Position numbers and translations under genes: made by a program
DNA from: an uncultured bacterium
Lineage (GTDB): Bacteria > Chlamydiota > Chlamydiia > Chlamydiales > FEN-1388
Direction: 5' to 3'
Assembly: GCA_964409235.1 (NCBI GenBank)
Contig: CAYPCN010000004.1
Coordinates: forward strand, 7,805 to 71,804
DNA: 64,000 nucleotides
Shown: piece by piece, positions 1-7,711 of the stretch
Position numbering within the stretch: the first letter of the stretch is position 1
How the letters are laid out: each line of letters starts with the position of its first letter
The notes under the pieces: generated by a model
What the model was told of the DNA's origin: nothing
Seen by the model: only the letters and a program-made list of their open reading frames with translations
The model's database searches: none

Positions 1-259
1 GCGCGTAGTTTTGGAATACGGTATTGACGGGTCGCTTATGAGGAGGTAACGTCGTTACGTCTTGACCATCAAGAAAAATCCGTCCACTGTCAGGGGTCTC
101 AAATCCCGCGACCAAGCGTAGAAGCGTGGTTTTCCCGCAGCCGCTCGGGCCAAGAATAGAAAAGAAATTCCCGCTCGCCACAGAAAAAGAGACATTGTCG
201 GCGGCCGTTACAGTGCCAAAACGCTTCGTGACACAATCAAATTCAATGGCTGCGGGCAT
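1..259 (-). CDS. ABC importer ATP-binding subunit, PotA (spermidine/putrescine)-like; 5' part only, gene runs off the window start
   Basis: Reverse-strand translation from ATG (259-257): [86 protein letters not shown]. It has Walker [10 protein letters not shown] and the [15 protein letters not shown] block typical of PotA/CysA-type ATPases. Absent from the ORF track because it is truncated. Confidence 0.85.
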   Translation of the reverse strand, partial: MPAAIEFDCVTKRFGTVTAADNVSFSVASGNFFSILGPSGCGKTTLLRLVAGFETPDSGRIFLDGQDVTTLPPHKRPVNTVFQNYA

Positions 260-533
260 CGGCAACGCCTTTACAAAAGATTGTTGTGCACTATTCCTCA
301 AGCTGATCTAGGGCAGCAATGAGAAAATAGAATCCACAAATTATAGCACACATTCACAGAGTTGGCAATCTATCAACAGCTCGACGCATGAAAACGAGTT
401 TTTGAATTTCGGCTATATGAGACAACATTTGAGATATGCTCTCAAGGAGGTCTCATGAGTCAACCAAAAATTCCAACGACGTTGTTGCGCAAATCCGCAT
501 AAGGAACAGACTAGCATACAATGAGTTAAATTT

Positions 534-1031
534 TTAAACGCCCTCTAAGCTATGTTTTAGCTTTTTTGTGTCGATCATTAGATGTCCCCGATCATCCACA
601 TAATAAACGGAGCCTCTCAACATCACGACGAGCGCCTCATATCCTGTTTTGTAGTCTGGATAGATAGAATACTCAGTAGAACCATCAGTACCTGTACCGA
701 TACATCCTCGCTTCGTACTTGTACTGTATGGACGTGCGACAAGATTTCCAGGATTGTTGCATCTCCAGGCCCGTTTACCACCACTTCTAATGGTCATGTT
801 GCCTTCTTCATCAAAATACTGAACGGTAATTTGACTTGGGGGATCTCCGGCATTCGGAGGGCCTCCTTGGGCTTTTACGAAAACCATACTCCTTGTCAAG
901 CGTGAGGAATGTACGCAATTATTTAACCGCAGGATCAGCGGCTCCTGGAAACTCCGGGTGGCGCCGAAATTTCTATTTTTTTCTTGCCAGAAAAAAAATC
1001 GAAGACCATCTCCCAATGTAGTCTGAATCAT
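534..1031 (-). CDS. hypothetical protein with an AWRCNNPGNL motif
   Basis: 165-aa ORF, longer than the antisense 107-aa ORF. No convincing SD at either candidate start (1031 or Met49 at 887). I remember the motif WR.NNPGN[IL] from phage/virion-associated proteins, but this is unverified. Confidence 0.4.
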   Translation of the reverse strand: MIQTTLGDGLRFFFWQEKNRNFGATRSFQEPLILRLNNCVHSSRLTRSMVFVKAQGGPPNAGDPPSQITVQYFDEEGNMTIRSGGKRAWRCNNPGNLVARPYSTSTKRGCIGTGTDGSTEYSIYPDYKTGYEALVVMLRGSVYYVDDRGHLMIDTKKLKHSLEGV

Positions 1032-1178
1032 GAAATGGTTTCATTTTGTCACGCCCAAGAACCAGAGACTTCCCTAAGTTTCATAGTCTAATTTCACAAT
1101 GTAATTATCATGGACTTTTAAACGATTATTTATAATAATGGCTCTTCGATAGTTGATAATAATTTATGTGGTAAAGGC

Positions 1179-3887
1179 ATGGCGATTCATTCAAGACCAC
1201 TTCTTGCCCGGCTAGATGACCATACATGGGCGTACACAGTACCGGATGGGACAAACTCCACTTTTGAAGAGATTCGCATTCAGGTACCGCCTCAGCACAA
1301 GGGCAAAGAAGCCTACACCGTAGCGCAATCCGCCGCCGCTCTGCTTCAGACCAAGATTGCGCGACTTCGAACGTCTGTTCTACAAACTGGACTGACGCTT
1401 TCCATCGATACCAACGACTCTTCCTTAGCAGGCGCTTGGCGCATTGGAATCCCAAAACCGAGCAGCATATTGCAACGAGCCGTCGCCACTATCACAGAGT
1501 ACGTCACCGAAGCGATACCGTTTACTCGATCGTTGAAAGATCGCAAGATTGTTGCCGTTACTGTTGAGAAGGAGCCCGTGGCTAAGAAGGTGGCCTCTGT
1601 GGCGCTCCCTATCCTTGGGCCGCAGCCTCTCCATGCCATTGGCGGGACGTTAGCGGACGTGTTGGCGGTTTCTATTGCAGACCGCATTTCCGCAGAGTCC
1701 TTTCAAGATCCGTTTACGAGGCTTGCAACAGAATGCTTTCAAAAGTACGAGACGTTCTTTGTCATGGAGGCGCAACACCGAGGTACGTATCGATTTGTTT
1801 GTGATGCAGAAGGGAAGATTCACCTTGAAAACAACCTCCCTTCCAATGCAGAGGCCGCAGAAGAAAATCGAAGGACAGTGGCCATCTATCGAAACTTCCT
1901 AACGCGAGAGTACGGGCAAGCGTTTGTCTCTCAGCTGGAGACAAGCTATAAAATTTCTTTCGATGCAATGATCAAGGATGGGTTGCCCCTGTTGCCAGAT
2001 CATGTATCGAAATGCAACATCGGAGTGAATAGCATAGAAATTGGCCATATTGAGCGTGTGGCAACCAATCTTCGCGCTCTCTTGGCGGCCTTGCGACAAC
2101 AACCTGATCGTACACCACAGTCTGCGCAGCAGGTGTTGGCACAGGCGGTGCAAGATGGGCTGCTCTCCATTCGCGAAGCTCGAGGGTTCCTTCGATCAAT
2201 TCCTGTTCAGAATCCAACTCTTGATGACGTGGTCCAGCACCTGACAACGACCATTGGGGCTACTGCCGGGTCCGTGCGCAGTTTCCATCCACGGACCTTT
2301 AACGCGGTTGTCTCGATGGTCATGCCTACAGATGCCGAACTAGAAAGATCTTTTGCAGGGAGAAAGATACGCCATTTGGCAATCATGGGTGCCCACACAA
2401 TGGGCGATGGAAATACCCATAACCCATGCCGCGATCTGTTCGAGCTTCTCCACGTGTTTGCCGAATGCCGCAAGACCAAAGAATGGAAGCACTACTACGA
2501 ACTCCTCTCACACGTTGTCGTAAAAAAATCTCTGTTCCGACAGACAGCTGGTAGTGAAAATGCGTGGCACGTTGGCCTCCTCATTCCTGCCCCCGACTCC
2601 GAGACAGGAGAACGGAGATGGTATAGCAACGATGCGTTCTATGACGATCACAATGGCAATGTCAACTATGTCCTCTTGCCTGCATGCCATGGCTATCGAG
2701 AGCCAAGCGGGAAATCCCTTCCCATGATCAAGATGTATAGAAGCACGTGTATGAGTAGTAATGCCGTGAACTGGCAAGACTCTGTAGCGGCTGACCTCAA
2801 CCCGTGGGGAGGCCCAAGCTCCATCGACCCTGAGCGATCCTTTGCTATCGAACGCCGATACATCGACGAGCGGACAATCCCAGTGTGGATGGGGTATCTT
2901 CTTGCGGCGAAACAACTCTCTCGTACCACAGCTCGTGATGGCATACAGTATCGAGACCTCCTCATCAAAGCGACGGAGACCTTTTTGGAGTACACGCACC
3001 AACGCAATGTGCATGATGAGAAACTACAGCAACGACTCCTGCAGCTTGCCTTCAATGATGAGCGTGAACAACTCGAGCGTCTGTTGACATGCTGTGGCCA
3101 CTTGTTCGAAGAAGATCCTGCAGATAAGATTGCGCAAGACATAGCGTTTGTTGGCCATAGTCTCGGAGGGGCGCTTGCTCAATATGGCACGTGGCAGTTC
3201 CTTGCAAAAGAGAGGCGCATCCCTCTTCCTGGCACCGACGTCACGTGCTATTCAAGTGACGGGCCGGCTGTCACTGCTGCAGTCGATGCGGATTTTACGG
3301 CCTTTGGTCGGCAGCATGGCAATCTTCTCAAAACGCTCAACATTCAGATGCATGTTATCCATCAGTTTGAATACGGCGATTTCGTGCCACAAGCAGGAGA
3401 GACGCATCTGGGGACAACACAGTCTGATGCTGAGAAAGACTCCACGTGGCTCGATGTTTCTGCGGCTGTCTTCCGCCCCATCGACACGACGCGTGTGTCA
3501 TCTCTTGTCACGCTACCCACTCATGGACGCAGGATTGGCTCGGCAACGGAAGGTGTTGACTATACTCTCAGCCCCCTCACGCCAAAAGACCTGTGGGATT
3601 ACCATCGTACCTTTCTCTTACGAGGTCGGCTGCAGAGGATTTTTGGAAACAAAGTCCTGCGAATGCCGAAGGCGTCAGAGCGGGTGCGAAGTAGCATTGG
3701 CTTCGGCCTTCGCCCATTGATGAAATTGTATCAATGGTGGATTGGAAACCAACTTGGATCTCGCAACAGCGCGGGAGTCTTTACGATCGACGACGGCCAT
3801 GTGATGAAAAAGAGCCGTGCCATTATGAGAAAGGCTAGACAATTTCTGCCGCTACAGTGTCATACACATATCGCCCTCGCTCTGTAA
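1179..3887 (+). CDS. large hypothetical protein with a C-terminal alpha/beta-hydrolase (class-3-lipase-like) nucleophile elbow
   Basis: 902-aa uninterrupted ORF. FVGHSLGGALAQ (GHSLGG at 3153-3170, Ser codon 3159-3161) is a canonical GxSxG elbow in lipase_3-like context. The first ~650 aa have no motif I recognise. No signal peptide. Confidence 0.6.
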   Translation: MAIHSRPLLARLDDHTWAYTVPDGTNSTFEEIRIQVPPQHKGKEAYTVAQSAAALLQTKIARLRTSVLQTGLTLSIDTNDSSLAGAWRIGIPKPSSILQRAVATITEYVTEAIPFTRSLKDRKIVAVTVEKEPVAKKVASVALPILGPQPLHAIGGTLADVLAVSIADRISAESFQDPFTRLATECFQKYETFFVMEAQHRGTYRFVCDAEGKIHLENNLPSNAEAAEENRRTVAIYRNFLTREYGQAFVSQLETSYKISFDAMIKDGLPLLPDHVSKCNIGVNSIEIGHIERVATNLRALLAALRQQPDRTPQSAQQVLAQAVQDGLLSIREARGFLRSIPVQNPTLDDVVQHLTTTIGATAGSVRSFHPRTFNAVVSMVMPTDAELERSFAGRKIRHLAIMGAHTMGDGNTHNPCRDLFELLHVFAECRKTKEWKHYYELLSHVVVKKSLFRQTAGSENAWHVGLLIPAPDSETGERRWYSNDAFYDDHNGNVNYVLLPACHGYREPSGKSLPMIKMYRSTCMSSNAVNWQDSVAADLNPWGGPSSIDPERSFAIERRYIDERTIPVWMGYLLAAKQLSRTTARDGIQYRDLLIKATETFLEYTHQRNVHDEKLQQRLLQLAFNDEREQLERLLTCCGHLFEEDPADKIAQDIAFVGHSLGGALAQYGTWQFLAKERRIPLPGTDVTCYSSDGPAVTAAVDADFTAFGRQHGNLLKTLNIQMHVIHQFEYGDFVPQAGETHLGTTQSDAEKDSTWLDVSAAVFRPIDTTRVSSLVTLPTHGRRIGSATEGVDYTLSPLTPKDLWDYHRTFLLRGRLQRIFGNKVLRMPKASERVRSSIGFGLRPLMKLYQWWIGNQLGSRNSAGVFTIDDGHVMKKSRAIMRKARQFLPLQCHTHIALAL

Positions 3888-4968
3888 GAGCAAGACGAGC
3901 AGAAGAGTGTGTGACGAGCCCCACGTCTTCGAGGCGGCGTAAGGTGTGAAGGAGTTCTGGATCGGCAGCGCCCCATGTGTGCTCAAGGGCAGCAAGGCAC
4001 ACTCCCTCATTCATTCGAAGGCCAACAGCGATCATCTCTCGGAGGCGCCTCTCGGGCGGCAGCTCATCGATGCTGTCGACAGCTGTCTGGCCATGTTCCA
4101 TAGCCTGACAGTAGGCCATGAGGTTGCACACATTGCTGAATCGCTTTGTCCCTAAAAAGCTGAAGGCAGAGGGGCCGAAGCCGAGGAATTCCCGCCCCTG
4201 CCAATACCCCACATTATGACGAGAGGCCTTCTCTGGCTTGGCAAACGCTGAGATTTCATATTGGAGAAAGCCATAGCGAGAGGCAATGGCTTGTGCCGCT
4301 TGATACATGGCGAGGCTTTCTCCCTCACTAGGCATGGTCGCTTCTATGCATGCTTTTTTTCGAAACCATGCGGCCGGCGGCTCGATGGTGAGGTTGTACA
4401 AGGATAGATGATGGATAGGGAGGCTGCAGGCCTCTTCTACAGTAGCCTCCCAGGAAGCAACGGAAAGCCCTGGGAGGTCGTACATGAGGTCCAATGAGAT
4501 ATTTGAGAATCCGCAGGCAAAGCTCTGGTCAATGGCGCGGAGAATGTCTTCTCGACTATGGCGGCGGCCAAGGGCGCGGAGATGCTCTGAAGAAAAGGAT
4601 TGAGCGCCGATGCTCAGGCGGTTGACCCCAAGGTCATGATACTGTTGGAGGGCATCGGTATGGATGGTCTCAGGATTAGCCTCAATGGTACTCTCGCAAG
4701 GGTCTTGTACGCAGAAGATCTTCAAACGGTTGAGGATGGTGCCGATTCGGTCCGGGCCAAAAAGGAAGGGAGTTCCTCCCCCAAAGTAGATGGAAACGAT
4801 CTGCCGCTGGAGGAGGAGTTCGCTCCACCTGTCTATTTCAATGGCAAGGGCATTGAGGAACCGGTCTTTGAGCGTCTCGCGATCCGCAACACTATAGAAA
4901 TGGCAGTAGGGACATTTGCGCGAACAAAAGGGGATGTGAATGTACAGGCTGATAGGACGAAGAGCCAC
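3835..4968 (-). CDS. hemW: radical SAM heme chaperone HemW (HemN-like, oxygen-independent coproporphyrinogen oxidase family)
   Basis: N-terminus SLYIHIPFCSRKCPYCHFYS carries the CxxxCxxC radical-SAM cluster motif, followed by GGGTPF. 377 aa is typical for HemW. Confidence 0.85.
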   Translation of the reverse strand: MALRPISLYIHIPFCSRKCPYCHFYSVADRETLKDRFLNALAIEIDRWSELLLQRQIVSIYFGGGTPFLFGPDRIGTILNRLKIFCVQDPCESTIEANPETIHTDALQQYHDLGVNRLSIGAQSFSSEHLRALGRRHSREDILRAIDQSFACGFSNISLDLMYDLPGLSVASWEATVEEACSLPIHHLSLYNLTIEPPAAWFRKKACIEATMPSEGESLAMYQAAQAIASRYGFLQYEISAFAKPEKASRHNVGYWQGREFLGFGPSAFSFLGTKRFSNVCNLMAYCQAMEHGQTAVDSIDELPPERRLREMIAVGLRMNEGVCLAALEHTWGAADPELLHTLRRLEDVGLVTHSSARLALTERGRYVYDTVAAEIV

Positions 4969-4974
4969 GGTTTG

Positions 4975-5535
4975 CTACCACTCATCGGCATCAGGGTCGA
5001 GGATGCCACCACGCCGCCAGCGGTTCTTGTCGCTGAAGTACGATTCATCCTCTGCGATTTCTTCTTCTTCGTCTTCGATCGCAGGCTCGTCATCTTCGCC
5101 CTCGGCGCTGCCCTCTTCTGACTCAAAGACCTCATCATCTGCATCGTGGACGGTGGTTGTTTCCTCTGTAATGTAGGTCTCCATTTCAAATCCGGCGTCA
5201 GTCATGCCGGTGCTTGTGTCGGCGATATCGATATCTGGAACTGTAGGCACGTCACTGTACCCGGGTTTCCCGCCGACGCGCTTAGGAACGATAAACTCTT
5301 CTCCTTCGCCACCCTCCTTGAGGAATTGAAGGCGCTCTTTCTCTTCTTCTATCTTGGCTTGTAAAAGGCGAATTTCTTCTTGATGGCGCTCAAGGTCTTT
5401 CTTAGGGACAAGGCCGAGCTGAAGCCACTGCTCAAGATCTCGCAATTCTGATTCAAGCTTTCTTAGACGTTCACTTTTTATAGGTTTCATGAAAAACGGG
5501 TACACCACATGGTAAAAAGACTTTTTCTCTGGCAT
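4975..5535 (-). CDS. hypothetical coiled-coil protein with a strongly acidic C-terminal half
   Basis: 186-aa ORF lying 6 nt upstream of hemW on the same strand. It has a heptad-like region (LRKLESELRDLEQWL...LQAKIEEEKERLQFL) followed by D/E-rich tracts (EDDEPAIEDEEEEIAEDE). Confidence 0.55.
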   Translation of the reverse strand: MPEKKSFYHVVYPFFMKPIKSERLRKLESELRDLEQWLQLGLVPKKDLERHQEEIRLLQAKIEEEKERLQFLKEGGEGEEFIVPKRVGGKPGYSDVPTVPDIDIADTSTGMTDAGFEMETYITEETTTVHDADDEVFESEEGSAEGEDDEPAIEDEEEEIAEDESYFSDKNRWRRGGILDPDADEW

Positions 5536-5687
5536 CCCAACTGATATTTCGTACGACCAAGATCGTCAAGAAAAACATTGGGGGCAACTATTGTGCCAAA
5601 TTTCTCCATTTTTGTGAGAGCGCAAAGAAAAGCTAGCACAATTTTTTTGGAGAAAGCGCCTCTTCATCTCCTTTTTAGGAATTTTTT

Positions 5688-6380
5688 TCAAGTGCGGAAT
5701 GTTGGAGAGCTATCTGGTAGCGTCGCGATAGCATGGGTAGACTCCATAACGGATATCGCCTCCGAAGAGCCACAGGAGATCACCCATTTCATCGCTGTAT
5801 CAACGCGAAGAGAGGTAGGCGTCAGCGTGTCCTTTGGGCACATGACAAGGAAGCCAACAGTGGGGTTTGGCGTTCCAGGAATAAGCACTGCGGAAAAAGG
5901 TTGCTGCTCTTTGCCCGGAATTGGCAGGTAGACATCATTGGTGACGAGGCCAATAGCGTTCTGCTGTGTTGTGGGGAATGGTGCCCATACCACTTTTGAG
6001 AAAGAGTTGTTCTTCGGCGAAAAGAGGACATCGGTGAATTCTCGGCATGCCTTGTACACTTTGTTGACAAGGGGAATGCGGAGCATCATGCGGTCGATTT
6101 CCTTGATGAGAACATGGAAGAACAGCCACTGACCAATAAACCCGATGCAGAAGAGAAAAAGGACCAGGCTGATGAGAATGAAGATAATGGCCACGGCATG
6201 GATCACTTGTGTCTCGCTGAAAATCCACCACCCAGTCTGAAAGAGATCATATTTTTCTAAAATGGCTTCTGCCGCCCTCTGGAAGGGCTTTGTGCATAGT
6301 TGAATTAAAAACGCAATGACCCACACAGTGATGGTAAGGGGAAGGATGATAATGAGGCCTGTCAAAAAACGTTGTTTCAT
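5688..6380 (-). CDS. DUF502-family membrane protein (paralogue 3 of 3)
   Basis: N-terminal transmembrane helices plus the DUF502 signature IPGTPNPTVGFLVM...ISCG. Its start overlaps the stop of the upstream paralogue (ATGA, 6377-6380). Confidence 0.75.
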   Translation of the reverse strand: MKQRFLTGLIIILPLTITVWVIAFLIQLCTKPFQRAAEAILEKYDLFQTGWWIFSETQVIHAVAIIFILISLVLFLFCIGFIGQWLFFHVLIKEIDRMMLRIPLVNKVYKACREFTDVLFSPKNNSFSKVVWAPFPTTQQNAIGLVTNDVYLPIPGKEQQPFSAVLIPGTPNPTVGFLVMCPKDTLTPTSLRVDTAMKWVISCGSSEAISVMESTHAIATLPDSSPTFRT

Positions 6381-7036
6381 GTCAGAGAGCTCCTCTGTGG
6401 TGAGTATTTTGCTTGGATCTCTGCCTTAGGGAGCAGAGCGCCACAGGAAACAATACTTCGGAAGGCCTCCTCGACCGTCATGGTAATAGGAATGACGTCG
6501 GAACGGTCGAACACAAGGATATAGCCATGCGTTGGGTTTGGGGCGGCGGGAATGAAGACGGAGATGAGATGGGACGCGCTAAGTCCTTCTTTGGAGACGA
6601 GGCCAAGGGTAAAGCAAGAAGAACATGGGAAGGGGACGAGGGCAACGGTGCTGAAAGCATCGGTTTTCTTGTTCGGAAGCGCGTTGAAGAAGTCGTGAGT
6701 GGTAGTATAGATACCGCCGATGAGGGGAACTTTGCGGATCCCAGCACTGCATAGCGCCGTAACAGTAGAAAACAGGTAGCTGTGTCCAATTGAGCCGATG
6801 AGGAAGATAGCGAGGAACATCACTATGGCAACGAGCCCCTGGCTGGCGTGGATGAGAATGCGGTCATGGCTGATGCCGAAGAGCGAGGGGAGGGTGATGC
6901 CGGCAGAGGCAAGCGCTCGTTCTGTCATATCGAGAAAGGGCGCCGTTGCCCACTGAAACACTGCATTGACAATCCACAACGTCAACACGATGGGCAAGAG
7001 GATGGTAAGACCGAGAAACACGTGCTTGCGTACCAT
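6377..7036 (-). CDS. DUF502-family membrane protein (paralogue 2 of 3)
   Basis: Signature IPAAPNPTHGYILVFDRSDVIPITMTVEEAFRSIVSCG. Collinear with its neighbours. Confidence 0.75.
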   Translation of the reverse strand: MVRKHVFLGLTILLPIVLTLWIVNAVFQWATAPFLDMTERALASAGITLPSLFGISHDRILIHASQGLVAIVMFLAIFLIGSIGHSYLFSTVTALCSAGIRKVPLIGGIYTTTHDFFNALPNKKTDAFSTVALVPFPCSSCFTLGLVSKEGLSASHLISVFIPAAPNPTHGYILVFDRSDVIPITMTVEEAFRSIVSCGALLPKAEIQAKYSPQRSSLT

Positions 7037-7042
7037 GCCCCA

Positions 7043-7711
7043 TTACCTCAACGTTGGGATGGTGCTAGGAGACAATTTGTCGGCGCTTGCGGCGGCAGAG
7101 GCATTGGTGAGCAGAACACCGCAAGAAATGATGCATCGAAAGGCTTCTTCGACGGACATGTCCAGAGGGATGACTTTTGATCGGTCGAACATGATGAGAT
7201 ACCCTGACGTGGGGTTCGGCGTTGTTGGAACGAAGATAGGGACGAGGTGTGGCGCTACAGAAATGTCGCGCGTGACAAGACCGATGCTCAGGCATTCACT
7301 GTTAGGGAACGGGACGAGGACCACTTGCTTAAAGGCTTTATTGTCGGTGGTGAGAATGGTTTGGATGAGCTCTTGTGAGGTTTTATAGACACTGCTGATG
7401 ACGGGTATTTTATGGAGCACCGTGTCACTAAGATGAAGAAGGTATCGGAAGAACACGCGACGTCCTATGGCACCGACGAAGGCAATGAAGGTGACGATGA
7501 AGAGAAGGATGAGCAAGCGGCTCAGGCCGAGGAGTACATTTTCGGCGCTGATGAAGAGGATCGGCGTCCCTGTCATCCCTGCAGTCGCGAGAATCTTCTC
7601 TGTTATGCCAACAAACGGCTCTGTAAGCCAGCCCACCAATGAGTTGACGATCCACCATGTCATCGCGAGAGGCAACAGCATGACGAGGCCAGTCAGTATG
7701 TATTTTTTCAC
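7043..7711 (-). CDS. DUF502-family membrane protein (paralogue 1 of 3)
   Basis: Signature VPTTPNPTSGYLIMFDRSKVIPLDMSVEEAFRCIISCG. Its start overlaps the rnr stop by 4 nt (7708-7711). Confidence 0.75.
   Translation of the reverse strand: MKKYILTGLVMLLPLAMTWWIVNSLVGWLTEPFVGITEKILATAGMTGTPILFISAENVLLGLSRLLILLFIVTFIAFVGAIGRRVFFRYLLHLSDTVLHKIPVISSVYKTSQELIQTILTTDNKAFKQVVLVPFPNSECLSIGLVTRDISVAPHLVPIFVPTTPNPTSGYLIMFDRSKVIPLDMSVEEAFRCIISCGVLLTNASAAASADKLSPSTIPTLR

Noticed and set aside
126-905. Plus-strand ORFs 126..311 and 582..905
   Set aside because: The first is antisense to the clear ABC-ATPase N-terminus. The second is antisense to, and shorter than, the 165-aa ORF, and has no motif.
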